Positions 18,765-28,706 of a stretch of 64,000 bases of DNA are shown here, piece after piece; positions within the stretch are counted from its first letter, which is position 1, and each line of letters starts with the position of its first letter. The position numbers and the translations under genes were made by a program. Source of the stretch: Burkholderiaceae bacterium (lineage in GTDB: Bacteria; Pseudomonadota; Gammaproteobacteria; Burkholderiales; Burkholderiaceae_E); contig JBIIHU010000001.1 of the NCBI GenBank assembly GCA_044235405.1, forward strand, positions 375-64,374, read 5' to 3'. Below the pieces are notes generated by a model, which worked only from the letters and a program-made list of their open reading frames with translations, ran no database searches and was not told the origin of the DNA.

Positions 18765-19631
18765 ATGTTCCGTGTCCATCCCTCTCGCATCCTCCGGGCG
18801 CTGGCCGCGGCCGCAGCCTTCGCCCTGACCGCCGCGCTGCAGGCGCAGCCGGTGTTTCGCGTGACGACGATTCCCGAGGAGGCCGCCACCGAGCAGGTGC
18901 GCAAGTTCACGCCGATCGCGACCTACCTCGAGAAGAAGCTCGGCATGAAGGTCGAGTTCACGCCGGTCAGCGACTACCCGGCCGCGGTCGAGGCGCTGGT
19001 CAACCGCAAGGTCGACCTGGTCTGGTTCGGCGGCTTCACGCACGTGCAGGCGCAGCTGCGCTCGGGCGGCAAGATCGTGCCGCTCGCCCAGCGCGAGGAG
19101 GACACGAAGTTCCAGTCGGTCTTCATCGCCAAGACCGACTCCGGCATCAAGACGCTCGCCGACCTGAAAGGCCGGCAGGTGAGCTTCGGCTCGCAGAGCA
19201 GCACCTCCGGCCACCTGATGCCGCGCTACTTCCTGCTGCAGGCGAACCTCACGCCGGAGAAGGACTTCCGGCGCGTGGCCTACAGCGGCGCGCACGATGC
19301 GACCATCGCCTCAGTGGTGAGCGGCAAGGTGGACGCGGCGGCGCTCGACATCACGGTCTGGCGCAAGTTCGTGACCGAGAACAAGGTCGACACCAAGGCG
19401 GTCAACGTGTTCCACACCACGCCGACCTACTTCAACTACAACTGGTCGATGCACGTGGACTCGCCGGCCGAGCTGCGCCAGCGTGTGCAGAAGGCCCTGC
19501 TCGACCTCGACCCGGCCACCCCGGAGGGCAAGGAGATCCTGACACTCAACCGCGCCACCCGCTACATTCCGACCTCGCCCGAGAACTACAAGGGGCTGGA
19601 GGCGGCGGGCCGCAGCGCAGGGCTGATCTGA
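18765..19631 (+). CDS. PhnD-like substrate-binding protein of the putative selenate ABC transporter family
   Basis: RVTTIPEEAATEQVRKF, VSDYPAAVEAL, FGSQSSTSGHLMPRYF and YSGAHDAT; selenium-gene context; CAGGAG RBS. Confidence 0.8.
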   Translation: MFRVHPSRILRALAAAAAFALTAALQAQPVFRVTTIPEEAATEQVRKFTPIATYLEKKLGMKVEFTPVSDYPAAVEALVNRKVDLVWFGGFTHVQAQLRSGGKIVPLAQREEDTKFQSVFIAKTDSGIKTLADLKGRQVSFGSQSSTSGHLMPRYFLLQANLTPEKDFRRVAYSGAHDATIASVVSGKVDAAALDITVWRKFVTENKVDTKAVNVFHTTPTYFNYNWSMHVDSPAELRQRVQKALLDLDPATPEGKEILTLNRATRYIPTSPENYKGLEAAGRSAGLI

Positions 19632-19659
19632 TGCCCGAGGTGCGCGCCGGGGGGCACCG

Positions 19660-20493
19660 GTGAAGCTCGAGCTGCACGCGGCGAGCGCGCGTCATCCGGC
19701 CGCCCGCGCCGGCGCCGCGCCGGCGCTGCGCGACGTATCGCTGGCGGTGGCGGCCGGCGAGCGCATCGCGGTGATCGGTCCCTCGGGCGCCGGCAAGACC
19801 ACGCTGATGCAGCTGCTCGCCTGCGCGCTCGCGCCCGCCGAGGGCGGCCTGCGGCTCGACGATGCTGATCCGTGGGCGCTGCCGAGGCCGGCGCTGCAGC
19901 GGCTGCGCGGCCGGCTCTTCCTCGCGCCGCAGGTGCCGCCGCTGCCGCCTCGTCAGCGGGTGATCACCGCGGTGCTCGCCGGTCGCCTGCCCGCGATGGG
20001 GCTGCTCGCCAGCCTGCGCAGCCTCGCCTACCCGAGCGACATCCCGGCCGCCCAGGCCGCGCTCGCGCGCTTCGATCTCGCCGAGAAGCTCTTCGACCGG
20101 GTCGATCGCCTGTCGGGGGGCGAGCGTCAGCGCGTGGGGCTCGCCCGCGCGCTGCTGGCCCCGGCGCGTCTCTGGCTGGTCGACGAGCCCCTGTCGGCGC
20201 TCGATCCCACCCGGGCACGGCAGGCGCTCGAGACGCTGGTCGACGAGGCCCGAATCCGGGGCATCACGCTGGTGGCGACGCTCCATCAGGTCGAGATGGC
20301 GCTGGCGCACTTCCCGCGCATCGTCGGGCTGCGCGACGGTCGCGTCGCCTTCGACCTGCCGGCTGGCGAGGTCACGCCCGAGCGCCTGGCGCAGCTCTAC
20401 GCGCAGTTCGAGCACGAGCTCGTGTCCGCGCCGGCGCTGGCGCCCCTGCCGCCCGGGCCCGCGGCCGCGCCGGCCCCGATGCATTGCCGCTGA
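19660..20493 (+). CDS. PhnC-like ABC ATP-binding protein
   Basis: GPSGAGKTT, LSGGERQRV, LVDEP and TLHQ motifs. Confidence 0.92.
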   Translation: MKLELHAASARHPAARAGAAPALRDVSLAVAAGERIAVIGPSGAGKTTLMQLLACALAPAEGGLRLDDADPWALPRPALQRLRGRLFLAPQVPPLPPRQRVITAVLAGRLPAMGLLASLRSLAYPSDIPAAQAALARFDLAEKLFDRVDRLSGGERQRVGLARALLAPARLWLVDEPLSALDPTRARQALETLVDEARIRGITLVATLHQVEMALAHFPRIVGLRDGRVAFDLPAGEVTPERLAQLYAQFEHELVSAPALAPLPPGPAAAPAPMHCR

Positions 20494-20497
20494 GCCG

Positions 20498-22123
20498 GTG
20501 ACCATGTCCGCCACGGCCAGCGACCCCGCGCTGCGCGACCCCGCCTGGGCAGGACGCGTGGCATGGACGATCGCAGCCCTGGTGATCCTGTGGCCGCTGC
20601 TGGTCGCCACCGAGTTCCGGCCCTGGCTGCTCTTCGAGGCCCGAAACCTGAAGGTCACCAGCGACTTCCTCGCCAGCTTCGTGCCGCCGGCGGTCGCGCC
20701 CGATTTCCTCGCGATGGTGGCGCGCGAGACCTGGCGCACGGTCGCGATCGCCACCGCCGGCATGGCGCTGGCGATGCTGATCGCGGTGCCGCTCACGCTC
20801 GCGGCCACCTCGGTGCTGTCGGTGTCGGCGCTGCCGGGCCGGATGGCGCGGCTGCCCTTCGCGCTGCGCCAGGCAGTGCGCGTGGTGCTGGTGGTGCTGC
20901 GCAGCGTCCCCGAGCTGGTCTGGGCGCTGGTCTTCGTGCGGGTGGTCGGCCTGGGGCCGACGGCCGGCGTGCTTGCGATCGCGCTGACCTATGGCGGCAT
21001 GCTCGGCAAGGTCTACGCCGAGATCCTCGAGAGTGGCGACACCCACGCCACGCAGACGCTGCTGCGCAACGGCAGCTCCCGCCTGCAGGCCTTCCTGTAT
21101 GGCCTGTTGCCACAGAATGCCGCCGAGCTCACCAGCTACACCGTCTACCGCTGGGAATGCGCGATCCGCAGCTCGGTGGTGCTCGGCTTCGTCGGCGCGG
21201 GCGGCCTGGGCCAGCAGCTCGACAACTCGATGAAGATGTTCAACGGCGGCGAGGTGCTGACGATGCTCGCGGTCTTCGTCGCACTGGTCGCGCTCGCCGA
21301 CGCGACCAGTGCCAGCCTGCGACGCGCGCCCGCGCGCGGTCCTGCCGTCGGGGGCTGGGGCGGCGGTCCGGTGGCGGCGGCCGGCGCCCTGCTGCTGGCC
21401 GCGGCGAGCTTCGCCTCGCTCGGCCTGCAGTGGGCGCAGTTCTTCTCGCTCGACGCGCTGCGCAGCATGGGCCGCTTCGTCGCGGAGTTCTTCCCGCCCG
21501 ACCTCGGCGCGGCCTTCCTGCACAAGGTCTGGGTGGGGACCTGGGAAACGCTGGCGATGTCGGCGCTGGGCACGCTGCTCGCCGCGCTCGCCGGGCTCGC
21601 GCTCGCGCTGCCGGCGAGCCGGCTGCATCAGGCCGATGCCGCGCGCGGCCGCAGCGCCACCCGCCTGCTGCTCAATGCGCTGCGCTCGGTGCCCGAGCTG
21701 GTCTGGGCGGCGCTGCTGCTGATCGCCGCCGGACTGGGCCCCTTCGCGGGCACGCTGGCGCTCGCGGCCCACACCACCGGCGTGCTTGGCCGGCTCTTCG
21801 CCGAGGCCATCGAGAACGCGCCGTCGGGCCCCGGCGACGCGCTGCGCGCGCAAGGGGTGGGCAGCTTCCGCGTCTTCCTGTACGCCACGCTGCCGCAGGT
21901 GCTGCCGCAGCTGATGAGCTACACGCTGTATCGGTGGGAGAACAACATCCGCGCGGCCGCGGTGCTCGGTGTCGTGGGCGCGGGTGGGCTGGGCCAGCTG
22001 CTGTCATTCCACATGGGCCTGTTCCACATGGGCAAGACCGCCACCATCCTCGGCGCGATGCTGCTGCTGGTGGCGCTTGTCGATCTCGCGAGCCTGCTCG
22101 CACGGCGGGCGCTGACGCGCTGA
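20498..22123 (+). CDS. PhnE/PtxC-type ABC permease, two domains fused
   Basis: Two copies of LRSVPELVWA...YRWE..IR...LG.VGAGGLG in one ORF. Confidence 0.9.
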   Translation: MTMSATASDPALRDPAWAGRVAWTIAALVILWPLLVATEFRPWLLFEARNLKVTSDFLASFVPPAVAPDFLAMVARETWRTVAIATAGMALAMLIAVPLTLAATSVLSVSALPGRMARLPFALRQAVRVVLVVLRSVPELVWALVFVRVVGLGPTAGVLAIALTYGGMLGKVYAEILESGDTHATQTLLRNGSSRLQAFLYGLLPQNAAELTSYTVYRWECAIRSSVVLGFVGAGGLGQQLDNSMKMFNGGEVLTMLAVFVALVALADATSASLRRAPARGPAVGGWGGGPVAAAGALLLAAASFASLGLQWAQFFSLDALRSMGRFVAEFFPPDLGAAFLHKVWVGTWETLAMSALGTLLAALAGLALALPASRLHQADAARGRSATRLLLNALRSVPELVWAALLLIAAGLGPFAGTLALAAHTTGVLGRLFAEAIENAPSGPGDALRAQGVGSFRVFLYATLPQVLPQLMSYTLYRWENNIRAAAVLGVVGAGGLGQLLSFHMGLFHMGKTATILGAMLLLVALVDLASLLARRALTR

Positions 22124-22127
22124 GGCG

Positions 22128-23438
22128 ATGGTGCGCGCGTCTGACCCACCGCGCGCCGGCTGGCTCTTCGCTCACGACTGGGACGCTCAGGCGCTGCACG
22201 CGCTCGCGGCGGCCGGCATGGCCCGCTTCGACACCGGCGGCTTCGATCTCTTCCGTTTCCCCGACAACATCCGACTGATCGGCTTCGACATCGAGCGCTT
22301 CGCCCGGCAGCAGGCCCGGCGCGGCCGCCGGCTCGGCTGGCGCGGCGTCCTGTCGCACCACGAGCAGTTCGGCGCGCTCGCCGCGGCGCTGGTCGCCGAG
22401 GCGCTCGGCCTGCCCGGCACCTCGCCCGAGAGCATCCTCGCCGCCCAGCACAAGCTGCACGCCCGGCGCGTGCTGGCGCAGGTGGCGCCCGAGGCGAGCG
22501 TCGAGGCCGATCCGCTGCAGGCGCGCTATGGCGATCCGATCCCGGCAGGCATCGCCTATCCGCGCTTCGTCAAGCCGGTGAAGGCCGCGTTCTCGGTGCT
22601 GGCGCGCCATGTCGACAGCCGCGAGGCGCTGCATCACCACACCCGCTTCGGCCTGCTCGAGCGCTGGCTCATCCATGGGCTGGTCGAGCCCTTCGACCGG
22701 GTGGGCCGCGCGCGGCTGCCGCAGGCCGGAAGCGCGCACCGGATGCTGCTCGAGACCCCGGTGCCCCTGGCGCGCCCGCAGTTCAACCTCGACGGCTGGG
22801 TCTGCGACGGCAACGTGCATGCGCTGGGCGTGGTCGACGCGATCGTGCACCCCGGTACGCAGGCCTTCGTGCGCTGGGAGCTGCCCAGCCGGCTGCCGGC
22901 CCCGGTCCAGGCGCGCATCCTCGAGGTCGCGCGCCGGTTCCTCGCTGCCATCGGCTATCGGCACGGCACCTTCAACCTCGAGTTCTTCCACGACGAGGTC
23001 ACCGGCGAGCTCACGGTGATCGAGTGCAATCCGCGGCTGGCCTCGCAGTTCGGCGACCTCTACCGGCGCGTGCTGGGCGTCGATCCGCATGCGATCGCGG
23101 TGGCCCTCGCCCTCGGCGAGGATCCCGCCTCGATACCGCGCGCCGAGCCAACGGCTGGCGTGGCGGCGAGCCTGGTCTACCGCAGCTTCGAGGGCGCCCA
23201 GCCACCGCCCGCGCCCCGGCGCGCGCAGCGCGAGGCGCTCGCCCGGGCGTTTCCCGACGCGCTGCTCTTCAGCATGCCCAAGCAAGGGCGCGCGCTCGCC
23301 CGCGACTACCGCTGGACGGGCAGCCACCGCTACGGCATCGTGCATCTGGGCGGGCGCGACCGCGACGACCTGCGTGCCCGCGGCGAGCGCGCAAGCGCGC
23401 TGCTGGGCTGGCCCGCGCCCTGGCCCGAGGGCAGCTGA
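22128..23438 (+). CDS. ATP-grasp domain protein
   Basis: FVKPVKAAFS, QFNLDG, FNLEFF and VIECNPRLASQF ATP-grasp motifs; 4 bp after the permease stop. Confidence 0.85.
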   Translation: MVRASDPPRAGWLFAHDWDAQALHALAAAGMARFDTGGFDLFRFPDNIRLIGFDIERFARQQARRGRRLGWRGVLSHHEQFGALAAALVAEALGLPGTSPESILAAQHKLHARRVLAQVAPEASVEADPLQARYGDPIPAGIAYPRFVKPVKAAFSVLARHVDSREALHHHTRFGLLERWLIHGLVEPFDRVGRARLPQAGSAHRMLLETPVPLARPQFNLDGWVCDGNVHALGVVDAIVHPGTQAFVRWELPSRLPAPVQARILEVARRFLAAIGYRHGTFNLEFFHDEVTGELTVIECNPRLASQFGDLYRRVLGVDPHAIAVALALGEDPASIPRAEPTAGVAASLVYRSFEGAQPPPAPRRAQREALARAFPDALLFSMPKQGRALARDYRWTGSHRYGIVHLGGRDRDDLRARGERASALLGWPAPWPEGS

Positions 23439-23554
23439 CGGCGCGGTCCCTGAAAGCCCCGATGCCTCGCGCTTGCGTTTCATCCCGACCTGCCTCGACC
23501 TTCGCGTTTGCGACCTTTTTTACCCCTCGCTTTCCACTCTCCGAGGAGCTCTCC

Positions 23555-24169
23555 ATGCGACAAGGCCCCGAAGCGCGCGCTGCGCGCATCGCGCGCAATT
23601 TTCTCGCGCTCGGCTTGCTGACCGCCGCGCTCGCCGGCTGCGCGCCGATGCGCGCACAGAATCCCGAGGGCGCGCTGCGCCCGGTGAACGCGGCCGCCGA
23701 CGGCGCTGATGCGCGCGTGATGCTGCAGGGCGCCGATGTGGTCGCCTACTTCACGACCGGAAGCCACCAGCGCGGCGACCCGCGCTTCAGCAGCGTTCAC
23801 GAGCAGGTGACCTTCCGCTTCGCCAGCGCCGCGCACAAGGCCCTGTTCGACGCTGATCCCGAGCGTTACCTGCCCCGCTACGGCGGCTACTGCGCCAACG
23901 GCATCGTCTACGGGATTCCGTGGGGTGGTGACGCCGACACCTGGCGCATCATCGACGGCAGGCTCTACATCTTCGGCGGACGAGCCAGCCGGGACGCCTT
24001 CGAGCTCGACGTGCCGCGCAACCGCGAGCTCGCCGACCGCTACTGGGCGCAGGAGGTGGCCGGCCGTCACAGCTTCTTGCAACGGGCGTGGCGGCTGGTG
24101 TGGCGGGTGCCGCACTACCGCTCGGGCGAGGAGCTCGCCCGCGAGGTGGCGCGCGCTCGCGGCAGCTGA
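23555..24169 (+). CDS. YHS-domain (seleno)protein-family lipoprotein, Cys form
   Basis: LAGC lipobox; GADVVAYF, FRFASAAHKALFDADPERYLPRYGGYCA and IIDGRLY; GAGGAG RBS. Confidence 0.85.
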   Translation: MRQGPEARAARIARNFLALGLLTAALAGCAPMRAQNPEGALRPVNAAADGADARVMLQGADVVAYFTTGSHQRGDPRFSSVHEQVTFRFASAAHKALFDADPERYLPRYGGYCANGIVYGIPWGGDADTWRIIDGRLYIFGGRASRDAFELDVPRNRELADRYWAQEVAGRHSFLQRAWRLVWRVPHYRSGEELAREVARARGS

Positions 24170-24238
24170 GAGGCATGAACGGACCCCGCCCCGAACCCCG
24201 CCCGTGCGAGGGTCGCGCCGGGCGTCCGGCCGAAGGAA

Positions 24239-24904
24239 TCAGCGCCGCGACCGGGCGGCGTCGGCGATGCGCGCGGCGAGCACCGCGATCGCCTGCCGGT
24301 GGGCCAGCGCGAGCGCCTCGGCGCTGCCACCGTCGATGGGCACGCTGAGCGCCACATCGCCCGCGAGCGGCGCGCCGCGGCCGTCGGCCGCAGCGATGCT
24401 GAATCGCGCCTGCAGCGCCACCGCGCGCCGTCCGGGCTGCACATCGAGGGCGAGCAGTTCGATGCGCAGCTGCCGCGTCGGCGTCACGCCCGGTGGCAAT
24501 GGCGTCCGCCAGAGCGGTGCGGCCAGCGCCGTCTCGAGATCGTCTCGCAGCAGTCGCGGCAGCGCATCGCGCAGCGGCTCGGCCCAGCGCAGGCCATCGG
24601 CAGCCCGCAGCATCGCGCCCTGGAGGCCGTCGTGCGACGGCAGCATCAGCGCGTCGCGATCGAGGTGCCCGGGCAGGCGCACCGGCGCGAGAAGCTGCCA
24701 GGTGTCGCCGGTCGGGGTGCCGCGCGCCGGCGGCTGCGGGGCCTGCACCGGCAGCTTCAGCCAGACGGTTTCAGGCGGCACCGTGGCGCAGCCGCCGAGC
24801 ACGGCGGACACGAGCAGCGCGGCTGACAAGGGCAGCGCGGCGACCCGCGCTGCGAAGGCGGTGCGCGTCGCACCTCGGGCAAGTGGCGATCGCGGCATGC
24901 TCAC
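24239..24904 (-). CDS. ABC-type transport auxiliary lipoprotein (PqiC-like)
   Basis: LGGC lipobox, VRLPGHLDR and RWAEPL; last gene of the Mla-like operon. Confidence 0.85.
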   Translation of the reverse strand: MSMPRSPLARGATRTAFAARVAALPLSAALLVSAVLGGCATVPPETVWLKLPVQAPQPPARGTPTGDTWQLLAPVRLPGHLDRDALMLPSHDGLQGAMLRAADGLRWAEPLRDALPRLLRDDLETALAAPLWRTPLPPGVTPTRQLRIELLALDVQPGRRAVALQARFSIAAADGRGAPLAGDVALSVPIDGGSAEALALAHRQAIAVLAARIADAARSRR

Positions 24905-26028
24905 CTCGCGGCAGGTTCGGAGGGTAGCGCCGGCGCGGGCGAACGGCGACCGCGCAGCAGCGCATCGGGCTGCCGCTCGAGCAGCTCGGCGAGCTCGCGA
25001 AGCGCGCGCGCGGCGCGCGACACGTCCTCGAAGGCGCGCTCGGCGCCTACCCTGAGGTTGCCCTCCTCGTCGGCGGCCTGCCGCAGCGCGCTGGCCGCCC
25101 GCTGCAGCTCCGCCGCCGCGGTGCCGGCCTCGGCGAAGGCGTCGCGCGCGCCGGCGGCGGCCGGGCGCGCGGCCTGGACCAGGGCCTCGAACTCGGCGGC
25201 TGCGCTCGCGATCGCTCCGAGCGCGCGCTGCCAGTCGGGCACCACCTGTCCGGTGATCGCCTGGCGGCCCTCGCGGATCACCTGGCGCCCATCGCCGATC
25301 GCCTCGCGGGCCTGCCCCAGCAGCGGCGGCAGCTCGCGCTCCAGCCTCGAGGCCAGCGACTGCAGCGCCACGGCGGCATCGGACGCCCGCGCCAGCGACT
25401 GCCTGGCACGCGGATCGGCGAGCAGCGCGCGCAGCGACGCGGCCACGTCGCGAAGGTCGGCACCCAGTCCGGCGACATCGAACCCTTCGAGTTGCGCCTG
25501 CAACGATTGCAGCCTCGTCGGCTCGGTGGGAATCACCGGCAGGCCGCCCGCCGAGGATCCGGTCGTTGCGTCCGCAACGATACCGTTACCCGAGGCCGAT
25601 CCCGACGGTGAATCACCGGCGCGTGGCTTCAGGTCGAGCTCGACATAGAGCAGCCCGGTCAGCAGGCTCTGCAACGCGAGCCGGGCGACCAGTCCTCGCG
25701 CAACCAGCGCGGGAACCACCGGCTCGCCCGACGGCAGCGGCTCGGGCAGCAGCCCCTGCAGCAGTTCGCGATCGAGTTCGACCCGCACCGGCAGCAACGG
25801 CCCCTGCGGCCCCGGGGGCGCGAGTCCGATGCCGCTCACCTGGCCGACCCGCACGCCGCGAAAGACCACCGGCGCGCCCGGCTGCAGCCCCCAGACCGAG
25901 ACCGCGAACCGCATCTGCGCCGGCTCGGTGCGGACGAACCACTGACCGCCAAGCAGCACCAGCACCGCCGCGAGCACGATCGTGCCGACGACCGCGAACA
26001 GGCCGACCCGCCAGGCGCGCGGATTCAC
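24901..26028 (-). CDS. MlaD/MCE-domain protein
   Basis: N-terminal TM segment, SVWGLQPGAPVVFRGVRVGQV, QSLLTGLLYVEL, helical tail and C-terminal LERQPDALLRG. Confidence 0.9.
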   Translation of the reverse strand: MNPRAWRVGLFAVVGTIVLAAVLVLLGGQWFVRTEPAQMRFAVSVWGLQPGAPVVFRGVRVGQVSGIGLAPPGPQGPLLPVRVELDRELLQGLLPEPLPSGEPVVPALVARGLVARLALQSLLTGLLYVELDLKPRAGDSPSGSASGNGIVADATTGSSAGGLPVIPTEPTRLQSLQAQLEGFDVAGLGADLRDVAASLRALLADPRARQSLARASDAAVALQSLASRLERELPPLLGQAREAIGDGRQVIREGRQAITGQVVPDWQRALGAIASAAAEFEALVQAARPAAAGARDAFAEAGTAAAELQRAASALRQAADEEGNLRVGAERAFEDVSRAARALRELAELLERQPDALLRGRRSPAPALPSEPAAR

Positions 26029-26774
26029 GGGGTGACCGTGCGCGTGAAGAACGCGCGCAGCGATGCGCTGCCCTCGCGCAGCAGGCGCTCGAGCGGCCCG
26101 AGCTGCCATGGCGCCCCCGGATCGTCGAGGAACAGCACCCGGTCGGCCACCGCGCGCACGCTCGCGACGTCGTGGGTCACCAGTACGACCGCGGCGCGCA
26201 GGTCGTCGCGCAGGTGCCGCACCAGCTCGTCGAGCCGGGCCGCATTCGGGGGATCGAGCCCGGAACCCGGCTCATCGAGCAGCAGCAACTCGGGATCGAG
26301 CGCGAGCGCGCGCGCCAGCGCGGCACGCTTGCGCATGCCGCCCGAGAGCTGCGCGGGCATGCGGTCGAAATCGGCCGCTAGGCCCACGCGCGCAAGGCGC
26401 GCAAGGGCCCTGTCGCGGCATTGCGCGCGGGTCAGGCGGGTGAAAAGGCGCATCGGCAGCATCAGGTTCTCGCCCAGCGACATCGAGCTCCACAGGGCCC
26501 CCGATTGGAACATGACACCGAGCCGGCGGCGCAGTGCCGCCTGATCCTGCTCGTCGCCCGCGTGCAGATCCTGGTCGGCGAGCAGAACCCGGCCGGCGGG
26601 CGGCCGCTCGAGGCCGGCAAGATGGCGCAGCAGCGTGCTCTTGCCGCAGCCGCTCGGCCCGACCACCGCAAGCACCTCCCCGGGGCTCAGATCGAAGGAC
26701 AGCCCCTCGTGCAGCACCCGCCCGCCGGCCCCGATCGCGAGCTCGCGCACCTGCAGCAGCGGGGACACGGCCAT
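26025..26774 (-). CDS. MlaF-type ABC ATP-binding protein
   Basis: GPSGCGKST, LSGGMRKRAALARA, DEP and VTHD. Confidence 0.92.
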   Translation of the reverse strand: MAVSPLLQVRELAIGAGGRVLHEGLSFDLSPGEVLAVVGPSGCGKSTLLRHLAGLERPPAGRVLLADQDLHAGDEQDQAALRRRLGVMFQSGALWSSMSLGENLMLPMRLFTRLTRAQCRDRALARLARVGLAADFDRMPAQLSGGMRKRAALARALALDPELLLLDEPGSGLDPPNAARLDELVRHLRDDLRAAVVLVTHDVASVRAVADRVLFLDDPGAPWQLGPLERLLREGSASLRAFFTRTVTP

Positions 26775-26779
26775 GGCGC

Positions 26780-27562
26780 TCAGTATCCCAGGATCGTGAG
26801 CACGACCGTCGTCAGGCAGGCCGCGCTGACGATCCAGACCAGCGCCTTGACCACCGCGCGGGTGGTCGCCTCGCCCACCGCCTGCGCGCTGCGCCCGGCG
26901 TGCAGACCCTCGCGGCAGCTGGCCAGGCCGACGAGCAGCGCATAGAGCATGCCCTTGCCCAGGCCGATCCAGAAATGGGTGAAGGTGAGCGCGCGCAGGC
27001 TCTGCGCCAGGTATTCGCTGGCGCTCAGGCCGTAGGACAGCGTGGCGGCCGGCACGCTCGCGAGCACGCCGGCGAGCACGCCGAAGGCCATCAGCGCCGG
27101 CGCCACCAGCAGCAGGCCGACGAGCCGCGGCAGCACGAGATGCGCGACCGGATCGACGCCGAGGACGCGAAGCGCATCGATCTCCTCGCCGGCGGTCATG
27201 CTGGCCAGCTGCGCTGCGAAGGCCGAGCCCACCCGGCCGGCCAGGATGATGCCGGTCATCAGGCCGCCGAATTCGCGCAGCATGCCCACGGTGACCACGT
27301 CGGCAAGCAAGCCCTGGGCGCCCATGCGCGCGAGCTGCGCACCACCCATGTACGCGAGCATCACGCCGACGAGCGCGCAGGTCAGCGCGACAATGCCCAG
27401 CGAGCGGGGACCCGCCTCGTCGGCCTGGCGCAGGATGTCGACGGCGCGCGCGCCGCCGCGGCCACGCAGCGTGCGGGCGGCCGCGAGCAGCACGCTGCCC
27501 ACGAAGGCGATCGTCAGGGCCGCCTGATGCGGAGGGCGAGCCGTGCGCGACGATCGTGGCAT
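26780..27562 (-). CDS. MlaE-type ABC permease
   Basis: LREFGGLMTGIILAGRVGSAFAAQLASM and EEIDAL..LG.DP motifs. Confidence 0.92.
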   Translation of the reverse strand: MPRSSRTARPPHQAALTIAFVGSVLLAAARTLRGRGGARAVDILRQADEAGPRSLGIVALTCALVGVMLAYMGGAQLARMGAQGLLADVVTVGMLREFGGLMTGIILAGRVGSAFAAQLASMTAGEEIDALRVLGVDPVAHLVLPRLVGLLLVAPALMAFGVLAGVLASVPAATLSYGLSASEYLAQSLRALTFTHFWIGLGKGMLYALLVGLASCREGLHAGRSAQAVGEATTRAVVKALVWIVSAACLTTVVLTILGY

Positions 27563-27629
27563 CGGCTGCTGGCCGTTCAGTGCGGCATCGCGCGACCCGG
27601 CGTCAGTCGGCCGGGCACGGTCTCACCGT

Positions 27630-28595
27630 TCACTGCGCCTCGATCTTCGCCTCGCGGATCGCCTTTTCCCACTTGGCGGTCTCGACCTGGTTGCGCTGGG
27701 CCAGCGCCTCGGGCGTGCCGGGATCGATCGCGAAACCGTTGGGGGCGAACTTGTCCTGGAAGTCGCGGGTGGCGACGGCGGCGTTGATCGCCTGGTTCAG
27801 CTTCAGGATCGCATCACGGGGCGTGCCTGCCGGCGCGAAGACCGCGAAGTAGGCGGTGAGCTCGTAGTCCTTGAGTCCGAGCGCTTCATTGACGGTGGGC
27901 AGTTCGGGCACCGCGGCCGAACGCCGCGACGAGGTGACCGCGAGGCCGCGGATCTTGCCCGCCTTGTACTGGGGCACGGTCACCGCGAAATCGGCGGTGA
28001 ACATCGCCACCTGGCCGCCGATCAGGTCGGTCATGGCGGCCGGGCCAGCCTTGTAGGGCACCGGGTTCATGCGGATGCCGGCCATGCTGGCGAGCATCTC
28101 GGAAGACACCTGCTGCGAGGTGCTGGCGTAGGCGAAGGGCACCTGGCCCGGACGCGCCTTCGCCATGTCGACGAAATCCTTCAGCGTGCGCACCGGCAGG
28201 TCGTTGTTGACCGCCACCATCAGCGGCACCGAGCCGACGTAGGCCACCGGCGCGAAGGCCGTGTCCTGGTCGTAGGGCAGCTTCTTCACGAGGAACTTCA
28301 GCGCGGCGTTGGTGCTGTTGGTGCCGACGAGGATCGTGTAGCCGTCGGCCGGCGCCTTGGCGACCGCATCGGCGCCGAGCATGCCGTTGACCCCGGGCCG
28401 GTTCTCGACCACCACCGGCTGGCCCAGCGTCTGGGACATCTTCTCGGCCAGCGCCCGCCCGATCTGGTCGGTGGCGCTGCCGGCCGCGAAGGGCACGATC
28501 GCGCGCAGGGGTTTCGAGGGCCAGGCCTGCGCGAAGGCCGATGCGCCGGCGAGCAGCGCGAACGCGGCGATGACGGGACGGAGGATGGGGTGCAT
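27630..28595 (-). CDS. Bug-family TTT substrate-binding protein
   Basis: WPSKPLRAIVPFAAG, VENRPG, ADGYT and VPYK. Confidence 0.93.
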   Translation of the reverse strand: MHPILRPVIAAFALLAGASAFAQAWPSKPLRAIVPFAAGSATDQIGRALAEKMSQTLGQPVVVENRPGVNGMLGADAVAKAPADGYTILVGTNSTNAALKFLVKKLPYDQDTAFAPVAYVGSVPLMVAVNNDLPVRTLKDFVDMAKARPGQVPFAYASTSQQVSSEMLASMAGIRMNPVPYKAGPAAMTDLIGGQVAMFTADFAVTVPQYKAGKIRGLAVTSSRRSAAVPELPTVNEALGLKDYELTAYFAVFAPAGTPRDAILKLNQAINAAVATRDFQDKFAPNGFAIDPGTPEALAQRNQVETAKWEKAIREAKIEAQ

Positions 28596-28706
28596 GAGCT
28601 TCGCTCCGGATGAGGTGACGACCCCGCAAGTGTCGCACGCGGACCGTCCGTCGGACCGGCCTGCCGCAGCCCCGGACCTCGCGGCACGGCCGCAAAACCG
28701 CCCTGC

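Noticed and set aside
18765-22123. phnCDE phosphonate utilisation locus
   Set aside because: No C-P lyase or ptxD genes and no PHO box seen upstream. The binding-protein sequence and sen/egtD context fit the putative selenate transporter family better, though the substrate is unproven.
23555-24169. Selenocysteine recoding in the YHS protein or thioredoxin
   Set aside because: The relevant positions are Cys codons (GGYC, CGTC). I found no in-frame TGA within these ORFs.
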